From positions 115,137-179,136 of the forward strand of contig RHPI01000003.1 of assembly GCA_009103225.1 (NCBI GenBank): a DNA stretch of 64,000 nt, in the 5' to 3' direction. The position numbers and the translations under genes were made by a program. The notes below the pieces were generated by a model. It searched no databases. It was not told the origin of the DNA and was given only the letters and a program-made list of their open reading frames with translations. The stretch comes from Chlorokybus atmophyticus. Taxonomy: Eukaryota > Plantae > Mesostigma and Chlorokybus algae. Shown here piece by piece: positions 11,648 through 25,342 of this stretch; within the stretch, counting starts at the first letter, position 1, and every line of letters starts with the position of its first letter.

Positions 11648-14187
11648 TCACGGAGCGGGTTTCCAGCGGTCTCTCTTGTCGCCCTCGTGCTCGACGCTGG
11701 ACCCGCAGCGACCAACGGGCTGCGTCTGCGTGGTACGGTCCACCGCAGCGAGGTACTCCACCATGAACCGCCCCACATTTGACGAGTATGTCACCACCAC
11801 GTGCTCCGCGTTCCTCAACACCTTACAGAACAGATTCCAAGCAGATTTAGAGTCGTTTATATTACAGCTGCATGGGCTTGCATCTAACAAGTCACTATGG
11901 GAATGTACACATTGCGTTGAACATCTGTGGGTATTCTGACACAATGCAACTAGGCAAATCAACCTGCATATACACAAGTTGTGGCAACCAACACACAGCG
12001 GAAGCTCAAACAAGTGGCGTGACGACTGTAGTTCTCACCAGCAACATCATGGCCAGGAAGTGCTGTTGGAACCTCAGTCTTTCCAGTCCAGCGATGCGCT
12101 TGTGCCCGCCCCTGCGCTCCACCTCAGAGCGGTCCAGAAGGTCATTGTACAGCACTGAGACGTTGGCAGGGAAGCCATGGGCTGCTGGGTCCGCTGCTAC
12201 CTGGAGAGGAGAGAACACCGTCGGGATATACACATCAAGATCAATGTGCGTACAACGGTGGTCAGAATATACGCATCATTCGATGGTACCTCTTGAATGG
12301 TGGACTCGGCGTCGGACATGATGGCCACAGCCCCGTAGCTTGTGTTGCCTGCGGCGGAGGCATGTGCCAACAAAGCCGCCGCGAACTCGCTTAAAGGTCT
12401 GTACGAGTGCTCTGCGCGGAAGAACCTGTCTTCCCTTTTCTTGTCCGTTTGCCTGCTTGCGCCGTGTGCATATCAGCTGGGCTGGTAAAGAGGGTGACCC
12501 AATAAACCCACCTGATGTGCACACCAGCTATGGGAGTCTTCCATTTCAACCGCAGCTTTGCCTTGATACGAGCTGCATGCAATCATGCCAATGTGAACAC
12601 TTGCAAGGTTCAATGATTTGAACTGTGCTCATCAGGGCATGAGACACATACACATGACTGGTGGTGAATCACAAACTGATGCCATCGGTGTTGTTGTTGT
12701 TCAAAGCTCTGCTACTGCTTGCAATATGGTACCTGCCAGGTAAAGGATTGCGTGGTCTGGCACGAAGAACCATCGCGCGATGATGCTGTGAAGCATGAAC
12801 TGGCGCTCAAGCGGACTCACCTGTTGCACGCATATTGGCACAATCACACAGGCATGCATGACTGCATGTATACGACCTGCAGGATAAAAACCAATGCTGA
12901 CCTGTAAGATGCTGCCGCCGCCAGAGGCATACACCCACCCGTTGGCCGTCATAGCATCCCACAACCAAGGGGCAAAGTCTGTTGTGCACACGTAGTCGTG
13001 ATGCGGGAGCCCACGATGGTAGTTTGCAAGGAGGACGCGGGGTTGCGGGCTGCTTGGTCTTGGATCCGTTGCCGTCGGCAAAAACTGGCGGATCGGGTTC
13101 GGCCCTGACTCGCAACCCGCATCTACCTTGGTGATGTTGGATGTGTCAACCAATACATGCGCACTTGATGAGTTGGCAACACACGCACGCGCACACACTC
13201 GCGCACGCAGGTGCGTGTGCACATTCACAGACATGGCGCACCTCAACAGCTTGATCCAGCATGGACTGCGTGATAGCGCAACCGCCAACACACGTGAAGA
13301 AGCAGCCATGGTACCTCCTCTCGCAGCCCTCGTAAGCCACTGCACACTTGCATTCAACCAACTGTTATACGTGCAGGTGATTGGCAACAATACCATACTG
13401 ACTTTCAACAACCCCGCATGCATAGCAAGACATTCTCACCATTGTCGGGATCAGGCAGGGCGACGAGGGTGCGGTTGAGTGCGAGCGCGAGCACAAGCAT
13501 CTTGCGCCACGAGTTGATGGAGGAGAATAGTCCCGTCCCGAACGGCTTCGCAATCAAGATGTTGGCCTGTTCGCAACCGCGAACAGGGTACTGCGTGGAC
13601 TGCAGCAGTTTCAGCACCAAAGACTCCGCCTGCGCCGTCCATTTCAACTGCGGGGGAGAGGTGATGGGTTCCGGACCCACGCACTGAACCTGCAGAAGGG
13701 TTTCAATGAAGAGTTCTGCTATGGTTCGCAGTTGGCAGCTCTCTTGCAATCTCGCAAGATTTGCTAGTTGTGAACCAATTGTGCTCTTACTTAAGTGGAC
13801 ACCACCTTGCATGCAACACACAAAGACGCTACTTTAGTGTGTATGCAGCTTTCAACGCCGCAGCATTGAGACGGCTGAAGGCACGTTACTACAGCTTTCT
13901 TGCTGGACCATGACAAGCATGCTGGCAGCATTGTGTAGCAACAGCAAGCTTAGAGTACCCAACCACGTTTTCAGAAGAAAGAGAGAAAGACTTGATTGAA
14001 ACCCTAGCGCAAAACCGCCTCATGCCCACTAGCTACACACCTCATCCGGCCCAATGTCCGGGAAGGTCGGATAACCTCCTGCTTCCTCCGCAGCCTCTGC
14101 AGCCGTCGCAGATGCCACGACCAAGAGCAAAAGCAATGCATGCCAGCCCCACCTGCTCAAGCATAACAACCCCGCCATCGCCGCCAT
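11648..14187 (-). CDS. GT23 alpha-1,6-fucosyltransferase (FUT8)-like protein with N-terminal signal or anchor
   Basis: Hydrophobic N-terminus WHALLLLLVVASATA. QYPVRGCEQANILIAKPFGTGLFSSINSWRKMLVLALALNRTLV parallels FUT8 QNPKDC...RTLI; also PIAGVHIR and the terminal VVVTYSSNVGRFMVEY (FUT8 CTFSSQVCR). Confidence 0.75.
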
Positions 14188-14499
14188 CGACAATGACGTC
14201 GAGTATAACACCGTTGACATGCGCAAGCACATGTGCATGCTTGTGCTAATAGCGAGTTCAGGCGGGCTGCACGTAGAGATCATCTAGGAACAATGTTTTT
14301 AGAAATCCAATTATGCTTATAGAAATCCAACGTACAGTGTAACAGTGGAGTTTGGACTGCTTTGACTGCCATTTGATGACGGGAATCCCTATACCGAGAG
14401 TTCAACCCGCTGGTCTGGCATTGCCGCTAGCGGCGGCGGCGGTGGCGGTGGATGCAGTTTTGCGTCGTGGTTGTGGTGGTAGTGTAATTTGAGGTTGGG

Positions 14500-17476
14500 A
14501 TGGATCCGAGACGCCCGACAGGCGTGCCTGCCTGGCCTGGAGTGGTGCACATGGTGATGAACCCGGTCCCGCCGCCGTATGGCTACGGGCCGCCTCCTGG
14601 GGTGAGCTTGTGCTTGTGCTTTGTTTCCTGGCCTGATATTGGCTGGCCTGCACTCTTCGGTCCGTCAGCATGGCTTTTGCATTGTGTGACTGACTCTTGC
14701 TCAGGCTGGCTAGCAGCTGAGCTACGCGTCTGTGCGCATGCTCGATTGTGGTGTGGTGTGGTGTGGTGTGGTGTGGTGCGTGCCTCAGTCTGGCCTGCTT
14801 GTCTCAGGCGCCGCCGCCATCGATGTGGCCTGCAGCTGCTCCCATGCAGTATGGCGCACCGCCGCCTTCACCTCATCATCAACAGCACTGGCCACCCCCT
14901 TATGCTTACCAACATGGTTAGCCTTTTCTCTCTATACTCTGCGTAATTGATAAGAACAGCCACTCGACAACAATCCTCCAGCATGCATTTTGTACGCAAT
15001 TGTTTGCGCACAATATATATATGTATATGTATATTATAAAGCAGTCAAGCAATCTTCGTTACCTGTTGAAGTTGAGTCCATCTCCACCTTTGAATGTGCA
15101 TATTTGTGCATGAACTGTGAGAAGCAAGCTTGGGGAGCTGCTCAGCACATGCGCGTGCGCAGGGAATGGGCAGCTTCAAGCGCAGTACACTCCCCCTCAT
15201 CATCATCATCACCCTGGAGCATACGCTAGCCCGCGCTTCAACCAGCAGCAGCAGCAGTGGGGCCACCCCAGTCGGTCACCATCCATGTAAGCAGAAATAA
15301 TACAACGACAATGTTATGTTTTCCAGAGTAGTGCAGCATTGTGTGCTTACGCGTTGCTTTGCAGGCCGCGTTTTGTGGATCCTATGGAGCACAAAGAGCA
15401 CAAGTGTGAGCCCTGCCAGCGCACATTCGCTGGAAAAGCGCAGGTACAGCTCGAAAGAGGTTAACAATAGTAGTAGCGAGCCCTTCTCAGGCATGCATGT
15501 TGGTTCATTCTCTGACTCTGTGTGCCTGTTCAGTTCACAGCTCATGTGGCAACACACACAAAGTGCGGGCGTCAGGGCTGCACATTTGAGGCTTCAGGTA
15601 CTGTAAGTGCACTTCTCTCGTGCATTTATGTATTGGCGACCTGCTTCTCTGTTGTGTTCATGTGGTGTTTGTTTGATGGTCTTTTCTATGCAGGAAAGAT
15701 GCTAAAGGAGCATCAGCAATCGGCGCACATGTCACCAGCTGTAGCAGCAAAATGGAAGCAGGCATGTGTTGAGTTACTTACCAATGCAACTGCATGGTCA
15801 TGCCAACACTTACTGTCTTGCTTCTCAGGTGTGGGATGAGAATCGCGATGAGATTGAGCGCTGGCGAGCAGAGAGAAAGCGCTCGTTCCCAACGCGCGAC
15901 AACGTCGAGCGCAAGCGCAAACAAGCCGATGAACGGACCGCTACGGGAGCTATAGATGTTGACGCGGTTGATCGCCGCAAGGTACACAATGGTGTCGCAT
16001 TGGTTCTTACCACCTTGTGAATGTTGTTGCAAAGGACACGTGGAAAGCAACTCTTTACTCGCAGCGGTTGAGAGAGATACTGGCGCAACAAAGGCGCTTA
16101 GGCCTGCCGGTTGCAGAGATCGCACCGCATTTGCTTCGTGATCCAGTCAATCGTCCGCGACCTTACAATGTAAGCCTTAGTGCGTTGCATTGTTTCCTGC
16201 TTAGTTTCCGTAGTATGAATATTCAAGCTGGGTCATATGGCCGACAGTTGTCTGTATGCTTGCAGCCAAGGTCACAGCAACATGGGCACCCAAACAAGAC
16301 ACAACCAACACCACAACAGACTGCAACTGCAGTTGAGGGTGAGGACAGGACAAGTTGATTGTGTTGATGTGTGCACGATCTGAGCCAGCCTTGCAACTCA
16401 CAGCAAGGGATCGAGATGCATCCGCTGCATCACCCATGGCTTCAGGCGTTGCACACGCACCAATGCAAGGGACTGCACAATTGACTGGTGACATGGCGCA
16501 AAGAGATTCTCAGCAAGGTCCTGAAGGTGCTGCTGTCCCTAATCATGCACACTTGGATGAACCGGACGCCAAGCGCAAGCGAAATGACAGCAATGGCAAT
16601 GTGAGCGGGTGACTTTGGTATCGCTTCTATGTGTGGAAGAGCAATTGACATGGCCATCTGGACTGCAGGCTGACATGCCAGCAATGAGCGTAGCAGAGCC
16701 TATGGAGCGCCCTGCACAGTTGGCTGATGGTAAGCAAGCCTGCACAACCCACTCAGATGGGCATTTGCTTTGTGTGTTGTTTTCCCCTTTTATGTTTCGT
16801 TAGGTTTGGGTTGCCATGAGTTTCAGTTCATGAATTCTCGTTCAAGGTTTGTTGTGTCATGGTATGCAACTTGTGCACAGGTACAACAGGTCCCGCATCT
16901 ACGACGGCTCCAAGGCGAAGGAAGCCCTGCTATTATTTTGCGCAAGGCCGCTGCCGCAAGGGCAACAACTGCACATTTGCACATGATACAGCCTCAAATC
17001 AACAAAACACATCGAGCAAGTCTGTGGAGAAAGGGCCAGCACGCAACAACCGGCCACACAACCCGACACAACGCAAACGCGACCCCACCCTGCTGGAGAA
17101 GCTGCTCGCACGGGAGATACGGCTGGAGAATAGCCGCCTGCTGCAGGCGTTCCGCTTCCTCGTGCTTAACAACTTCTTCGGAGAAGACAAACCGCTTGTG
17201 TTCCCTCAAACACTTGCCGAGGCTGAGGCTGATGCCCGCACAGCCGATTTGGCTGAGTTGCGTAAGCTTGTGCAAGAGGCCGAGCGTGACGGCAACATGA
17301 TTGACCTGAGTGATGGCGAGGAGGACGTGCCTAAACAGGGGTTATCCCGCGTGCCATCGCTATTCAAGCAACCTGGAGGTGCTCGTTGTGGTGTCGAGAG
17401 TGGGAATGGTGCTGACCAGCAGGCGCATGTTGGCGTTGTGCACTGCCTTGATGGCAGAACGTCATTGGTGGATTGA
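14500..17476 (+). CDS. NUFIP1: NUFIP1/Rsa1-like box C/D snoRNP assembly factor with C2H2 and CCCH zinc fingers
   Basis: CEPCQRTF and CGRQGCTFEAS zinc-finger exons; DEIERWRAERKRSFPT (NUFIP1 core motif); CYYFAQGRCRKGNNCTFAH (CCCH); LLEKLLAREIRLENSRLLQAFRFLVLNNFF (conserved C-terminal motif). Confidence 0.88.
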
Positions 17477-17841
17477 TGCTGATGTTTGCTTGGCACGCGA
17501 CTTGAGGGTTATGTATGATGTCAGTGGTGTACAGCAGTGTGCACGTCGGTTCGCATGCTTTCGCATGTTGTGGTGTGTCATTTGACTTCGCGGTGAGTGT
17601 GTCAGGTGTTCTTTAGCTTGTAGGAGAGCCAAAGTTGTTTTGCTTCAAATCGGCCACACCACTTCCATGTCTTATTTTGAAATTGAGGATGCCATAGCCT
17701 ACCAGGATTAGGGTGAAGATAGCTAGGCGTGTTGGTACTGTAAATCAAGGTTGCTTGTGCTGGGGTATGGTGCTATGGCTGTTGCATGGAGACATTGCAA
17801 CTGTCCATTAGACTGGAGTTGACAAAAGCATCTTAAGAGCT

Positions 17842-19270
17842 TTAGCCACAAGAGAGTGCTTGCGCGAAGAGCAGGTTGGGTTTTATAGCATTGTCACACG
17901 AGTTTAGTCTGTAACGTCCGCCAAAATGGCAAGAAGTGCATACCTTTCGGTTGGCCCTCATCACTGCAGGCAACGGAGATGGTTGATAGTTACTGCTGAT
18001 GTTTATTTCTGCTGTACAATTCTCCCTGCCATTGCCAAGTTTTGTCAGCACAGCTTCTTGACGTGCTCAAGCTTGCATGCCCATACCTTGCATTGAAATG
18101 TTATACTTTGTGGTTAGTGTACACAAACAGCAAGATATCGATAGCAGACGCAATTTTGGCAGCAAGCAGTGGGCTGATGGGAGCCTCGAAAGTCTGGCAA
18201 CACAAGAGAGCATGCTAGCCTTGAGTATAGCAAGGTAATTGAGGCAGGCAAGCAAGGTGTCAGAGGCAGTGCTGACTGCGATTTGCATGGTTGCAAACAT
18301 GCCGTGGCACTGGCGGGGAGGGCAGGAGCCTAGATTACAGCACAGCACAACACACAACCACTCATATGTTACTTGTCCTACCAACGCCCAAGCTTTGGCT
18401 TAACTCCCTGCCTTGTATCTTCAGATCGGTTAATTCAGCCATTGCTAGCTGCTAATTGTCTGCCTCACTACCATCGCATTGCGCAGCACATAGCAGCACT
18501 TAGGGTAACGAGTAGGTGGCCTCTGGTGTAATGTGAATTGCTTCTGTTTGTGGTGCCTACTCTGCTGACCATGCTATGCCTGGATATGCACGCATGCTTG
18601 AGCATGCTTCAACTACAAAGGGATACCTCACACTACGAAGTAGACTATTGTAATGAAAGCGTTCGCATTACAAGGCACGCTGAATGAATTATCTACGGTG
18701 TTAGTGCGGCTGATGTAATGAGTATGAATGCAGTATGAAGTAACATTTTTGGATACCCTAATAGGCCATTTTGAGTTGAAATGGCCTGCTAGGGTATGCA
18801 AATTTTTGACTTGCAATATCAGCGGTTCCTTCCAGTGCACAAAACATAATTGCGCAATGTTCAAGGTTGCACTATAATGTAGTACAACCATAATAGCACT
18901 AAGCTTATAAAGTGATGATGACAATACATACTTTGTTGGCACAAGCAAACTCCGCCATGCCACATGTACAATGTAAAGTCGTCTCAGTGTCTTTGTTTGG
19001 GTATATATAATCGCATAAAACACAAACACTCCAAGCTTACGAACGTGATATTTCATACAAACATGCATGCGGGGGGGTGACGTGTGAGGCGGCAGTCCAT
19101 AAAGCACTGCACATCTATATATATTTATATAAAAACTCACATCACCGCACTTGCCTTGCCGTTCCGTGCTCTTGACAATACTGCTGCTCCGCTTTCTAAA
19201 AATTCACCATTGTCTCCTGCCTGTGATTCACAGGTTGGTTAAGCTGTTCAGGCTGATGCTGCCTTCAGCT
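17842..19270 (-). pseudogene. Possible decayed leucine-rich-repeat gene
   Basis: Scattered minus-strand fragments with LRR spacing (GSISLNSLTNL*ITG, MAELTDLKIQGRELSQSL, CLPASITLLYSRLACSLVLPDF, INISSNYQPSPLPAV) separated by stops and frameshifts. No intact model could be built. Confidence 0.3.
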
Positions 19271-20435
19271 GATGCATCACACTTGCATATCACATAGTGC
19301 ACTTGGTGTGGTGTAGAGTAGATACATGCCCCGGGTGTAACAATTGTTCGCTTGCTTTGGTGTGCCTAGTCCTTGTGTGCAGTGTGTTTGCGCATTGAGC
19401 ATGTGTCACCTTGATGTATACCCAACAAGTACACAGCCGCTGTGCGGATGGTGACCAACACTGCCAGTGATGCATGCATGCATGACTAACAGGGGGGCAG
19501 TAGTAGAGATAGAGTAGCAATGTACTTAACCCGGTGGTCGTGCATGCTGCATGGAGGTGTTGCTGTGTCAACCAATGGACCCGTTGGTATACCATATGGA
19601 GGTGCGTGGGGTGTGTTGCATATCATGCATGATTTGAAATGCATGTTGAGAAAAATTCGTGCTCATCGTATACATGCAGGTGCGTGTTGTTGACTACGCA
19701 GTATATGCTGTGGCACTGCATGGTTGTAACAATCTCACATTTATCCTATACACTACGCACAGCAATCCTATACACTACGCACAGCAACGATTGTTGGTAC
19801 ATTAAGGAAAAAAAAGTGGGCAAAGCAAGGTTAGTTGCTACAGATCCTTGAGCATATGTCCAAGGTAATGCGGACATTAGTGTAGAAAATATGCAATGCT
19901 GTGCATGTGTACCTACAACGCACAATTCTCATCCAAAGTATACAAGACACATTTGTGCCAATTCCAGGGTCACACAGACAATGCTGAGCGACCACAATCA
20001 TAGACCTCAACGTGCGACATGCTGATGACAGCACACATTTGGACAGCACAACTGAACTCTCCCATGCCTCATCTCATGCCATGCCTTGTGCCAAGCATGT
20101 GCAGTTAAACTCCGCAAATGTGTTTACATACAGATTTCAGTCACCTCAATATGTTTGCCCGAGTACAACCACCCCACAAAAGCAGTCCGAGCATTCAGAC
20201 ATGATATATCATATACCAATATGCACAACAGCAAGGCTAGCCTTTTCCAGGCGCTCAAGCGTATGCCGACAAAAAACTGATACTAGACTACAACTACACC
20301 GCAAGGCGCCATAAAAATACACAACGCAACCAGGATAAGCGCAGCTGACTAGTTGTCTGCCGGCACTGTACAGGTCCAGTCTATATGACCCAGAAACAAA
20401 TAAATCTACTAGAAGCGGGAGAGAAGGCTCCGCTG

Positions 20436-23400
20436 TCACCTATCCTGACTTTGCTGCAGCTGCAGCAGGATGTCTGCAGCCGAATCTTGAGCAATCCCCT
20501 TAGCTCGATGCACTGAACGCAGGCTCCCACGCTCGCCATCACCCGATATGCGCCTACGCTCGGCCTTCTGCAATGCTGCATGGGTGGAGTCACCGCGCAG
20601 GCCACTTTCAGACGGTTCCATTACTGGACCCTGATCTGGATACGCGTTTATGATGTTGTCTGCAATGCTCTTGCCATGCATGCGGAAATGCGTTGGCACG
20701 CGGTCCAAGTGCGTCGGCATGTGGCGATCAGGTACAATGTGCGCAGAATCTGTGATACAACAGAAAATCGTTCAGCAACCAGAGCGAGCAGGACTGGGCA
20801 ACCTAGCACACAATACTCTTCACTCACCAGAATACGATGGTCTCGAGTCAATGGATAGAGAGGCCGACGCACTGGTTGAAGGCACGACAGGAGGATGAAC
20901 GTTGTTGAGATGCAACTGAGGCTTCTGCTTGTACATGCGAACAGGAGTCTCAATCATAGGTTGCTGGTACAACAACATAGGCGCAGCTGGGGCCGCCATC
21001 ATCTGCTTATGCTGCTGTTGGTGCGACCTCAGCGGGGCCGGTAGGCCCATCTGATGCATGCCTTCGGACTTATCATCCTTATCGTTCACTTCCCTCGGCT
21101 TTTCAACACCTGCTAGATACATACAACCAGTTGCATCAGATACCAGACCTCGGAACAGGCAATGGACTGCTGACTGCAGTGCAAAGCATACATACCAGTT
21201 ATGCGGGCAATGCCCTCGCTAGGAGTGTCATTGATACGCTTGGTTGGTCGTGATCTCTCACGCCAATCCTGCATGGTGGACTACACAGTCAATACTTTGT
21301 ATGCTCTCCTTTATATATAACGGCAACCAGTCCACAACAAACTAGGAGATTCACTCACCGCGCGCAGCTGACTCTCACTAGGCAGAACTGGCGTCTTTGA
21401 AGAGCTGATTACACCTGGCGCATGTCTCACAGCTGTAGGTGCTGGAGAACCCTTGGCGCCTCCTTCTGAAGAGCTGCTACTCCTGTGCCGCTTGCTCACG
21501 CTGGCGCGCTGCGCAGAGCCCTGCGCGGTGGTTGGATCGCGGGAAGTTGGCGACTTGAGCGCAGGCTGGAAAGCAGAGTTCTGAGGGTGCGGAGACAGCT
21601 GCCGGTGCGAGGATGTGGAAGCTTGCATTGCGCCCAGCAACGGAGGCGAACGCGCATTCAGGTGCGGATGGGTAACACGCGGTGGAGAAGGCATTCGTTG
21701 CATCTGCTGCACTTGCCGCTCATAGGCTTGCATCTGTGCCGCCTGCTGCGCGTGAGCCATGCTTGATTGCATGTGCAGCGGAGGCTGCATCTGTGGCGCC
21801 AGAAAACTGGGATGCACAGCTTGGGCTGCCTGTAGATCAGCTGAGTTATACCCCAATGGCTGGGCAGGGTTGCTGTTGCTGCGCGCTGCTGGCATCAGCT
21901 GCTTCCCGGTCAGGACCTGCTGGCGCTGTGTGCTGCCAGACATTTCCTTGCCGGCCTCAATGTAAGAGTCTGCAGAGGGAGCCTGCATAGGCTCTTGTGA
22001 GGCTGAGCCAGACACACCCATCCCGGCACCACTGAAGCGAGCCGCAGGCTCGGCAGCACTAGGGCCCCACCAGTCTTGAGGGGGAAGACTTGAGCCATAA
22101 TGATGGGCATACCATGCTGCCATCGACATCTGGTCAACAGGCAACTGCCTTCCTCCGTACGGCAGGACTGATCTGGGTGGCGCGCGAGAAGCAGACCTAG
22201 GGTACACCCACTGGGGCTGCTGAGAAGATGAATATAGTGCAGGCTGGGGCGGCACTGCTGGTGGGTACAAGGCCGCAGCAGGAGGGGGGCGCCAGTAGCC
22301 CTGTGGAAAGTTGGGTTGTGCGCCGTATGCGGGCAGCGCAGAGGCATATGGCGCAGCAGATTGTCCAGCAGCCGCTTGGCTCGGTACTGGATGTGCAGAC
22401 CCCGATGGCACACGTGAAGGTGCCTCAGCCAGCTGACATGCTGGAACATGGCGCTGCCGGGCACTGAGAGCTCGCAAAGACAGGGCAATCTGTTGTTGCA
22501 TCTGAGGAAAAGGACACACCACAAGTCAGAACAGTAAACCCTGAAGCAGCATTCATGCTTTTAACGTAAGCGAAGCCAGCACCAGCCAGAAAAGACTTAC
22601 ATCAATAGCCTCATGAAGCTCCTTCAGCTGCTCAACAAAGGAGTGCTGCTGGCGAATCATGATCTGCTGCAATTTCAGGAACTTGGCCGCCCCAAGCACA
22701 GCCATGACAGTCACAGGGGCAACTTCACCACGCTCGAGAGACGAAGCAGAGTCTGCTTCTGAGCGCCACTGCTTGCCAAGCTTTGCGTTGACAGTTGCCA
22801 AGCCAGCAGCACCGGTACCAGCAGCAGCCGCGGCACCAGTATTGCTGCCACCACTGCCACCACCACTGCCATTGGCATTGTTGCCACTGCCACTGCCATT
22901 GCCGTTCTCACCTGCGCATGCAATACCACTGTCAGAACTGAGCTTCACAGAATAGAGGCCAACATGAAAGCAACAGTTTGCTGACCTCCACTTCCACCAC
23001 CGCTACCGCCGCCACTGCCACCACCACCTGAGCCACGACCACTGCCACCACCACTACCACCGCTGTTGCCGCCTTCCAGTGCATGGCCGTCACCACTGCC
23101 CTCAGCACTGCCGTCCGGACTTTCGGTACCATCCGGGCTGCTTTCAGGAATGAGCTCCGTCACCACAGTGCCATCACCACTGCCGCCACTGCCACTGCCA
23201 TTTCCATTGGTGACCTGCACTTCGGCGTTGCTCACGCCGCTGCCACTACCATCACCACTACCTTCGTTGTCGCCACTCTGACCACTCTCGCTTTGCACAA
23301 CAGGCATGTCGATATCATTTGAAATGCCGGCTTGGCCACTCTCACTGTTGTTGGAACTGCCACCAATGTCCATCTGGTCGTCCTGCTTTGTGCTGCCATC

Positions 23401-25342
23401 ACTGTTGACACTACCTCTGCGAGGGAGGCCAGCACCATCTGCGCCTGCATTGTCATCACCGCCGCTGGAGCTTGCTTGAGGGCTCTGGGCACCATCCCCA
23501 AGGGCATTGTCACGAGGGCTCTCAGGACGCTCAGAAGGAGCAGCAAATTGCTCAGAAATGGCGTTTGCGCCTTCAGGCCAGGCTTCACGCACGCGCTCCA
23601 AAGCATCATTCTCTTGTGGTGCAGAGTCACTCTGGTACTCTTTTCCCGCAGGGCGAACGCGTTGGTGATAATTCCGATGCGACCTCCGACTGGGGATGCT
23701 ATGATCATAGGACGGAGAGTTGTAATACTGCTGAGTTTGCGGGGAAACCTGCAGACAAGTTCACAGGTGAGTATTGAGATGGAGAACAAAAGGGTCACGA
23801 ACAACAGGTACAAGCCGCACACAGGCACCTGCTGCAGTGGTGCTTGATGGCGAGTGTTGTGTCTCAGCGCCAAGTCCTGTCCGCGATATTGAGCACTCGA
23901 CCCCTCGAACCCAACGGCAGACATACGTGCCACCTCATAAGGGTACAGGCGAGGATCAACATCCATCGTTGCTGTCATGAGCTGTGAGGAATGCGCAGCA
24001 GTGGGCTCGACAGTGACTCCTGTAGCCGCCAAGCTGTTGGGATCTGTAGCACAACCTGCACTCGACGGCCTCTGCCCAGACTGGTCAAGGGAACCTGCAG
24101 CCCTGGCACTGTCCATCATTGCCCCAGGGTGGCGGGTAAGTCCTGGTTGTGCTCCGCCGGAAAGGCGTTGGATGCCTTGCATCCACATGCTCTGCTGTTG
24201 CCACCACCAGGACCACTGATCGGAGGAGGCTGGGGGAGCTCCATTGCGAAGATGTTGACCTTGTTGGGACTGCTGCCGAGACAAAAGGTGCTGCGACAGC
24301 GGCTGCTGCGGCTGCATCTGTTGTTGCTGTGACTGGGCAACCGGGTACATCTGCCGCGGTGCACTCGGTGGCGCACCCCACTCACGCTCCGCAGGATTCA
24401 TGGGCTGAACCTGGGTAGACCGAGCTGCAGCGGGGTTTTGGATACCATACCCATATGGCGCTACAGGTGGAGCACCAGCACCCGGCATAGCGCGTGAAGT
24501 TGCCGGCATGTAACCACCCCAAGCTCCATACGAAGGGTATGCATAAGGATGATACCCATACATGGGATCAAACTGCGCAGGCAGGTAGATGTTACTTGCT
24601 GCACAGCACCCTGGGACACCTACGCTGCTATCCCTCAACTTACCGCAGCAGTAGCAGGAGGAAGGCCTGGCCACATAGAGCCTTGGGGAGGCATCACGGC
24701 TCCCATGGGAGGAGACTGCACCGCTGCTATTTGCACTGCAGGCTGCTGTGCACCAGCAGGCTGTTCTGCAGACCTTTTCGACGTACTGCCGCCGGTAGGT
24801 GCTACCAGCGGGCTGTCAAAGAGGGCCATCTTGTTGCGAGGAGGTGGCCTCGGTCCCTGCACCACAGGCAGAGCACGCGTTCAAACAAAGCTGGTGCTCG
24901 TGCACAGGGTCGCAAGGCACAAGAGAGGGGCTCGCCGAAACTCGTCAGAACGAAAAAACACAAACTTCTATCATTGCGGAGGCAAAGCGAAGCACTGTTG
25001 CCAGATATTGCACGCTCAGCAGACCTATTGCTAGAGTACAAGTGCTCGGCTGAGCGTCGCCGAGACAAATGTGGCGACATACACTACGCTGAACACGCTA
25101 AAGACGACGAACTGGACACGAAGCTCAGCCTTGAGCGAGGTGTTGTGTGCAAAGCACAGCGCTCTGCCCAGGCAAGGTACCACAACGTACATCTCCGACT
25201 AGTTCAGCTCAAGCAACGGCAGCAGAATCAAAGAGAGATGCTGTACCTTGTCCGAGCCATCCAACACGCTCGCGTGCAGGCGTGGGAATAGCGGTGCTAC
25301 CTCCGCGCCCGACCCCGCCCCGCCATGCTCCCGTTGTGCCAT
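20436..25342 (-). CDS. ELF3: EARLY FLOWERING 3-like circadian evening-complex scaffold (about 9 exons)
   Basis: Exon 1 (25342-25247) APLFPRLHASVLDGSDK splices in phase 0 to exon 2 (from 24856) GPRPPPRNKMALFD, the ELF3 N-terminal block (PLFPRLHVND...GPRAPPRNKMALYE). Middle block EVAPVTVMAVLGAAKFLKLQQIMIRQQHSFVEQLKELHEAID|MQQQIA corresponds to QQRVFAVQVFELHRLIKVQKLIA. The C-terminal LRSVHRAKGIAQDSAADILLQLQQ corresponds to ESAARIFQSIQEER. All GT-AG junctions checked gave consistent phases. Confidence 0.9.

Noticed and set aside
19743-19786. Regularly spaced repeats or CRISPR-like array (also 37390-37432, 34081-34134)
   Set aside because: Simple tandem duplications of 13-22 bp without unique spacers; eukaryotic context, no cas genes.
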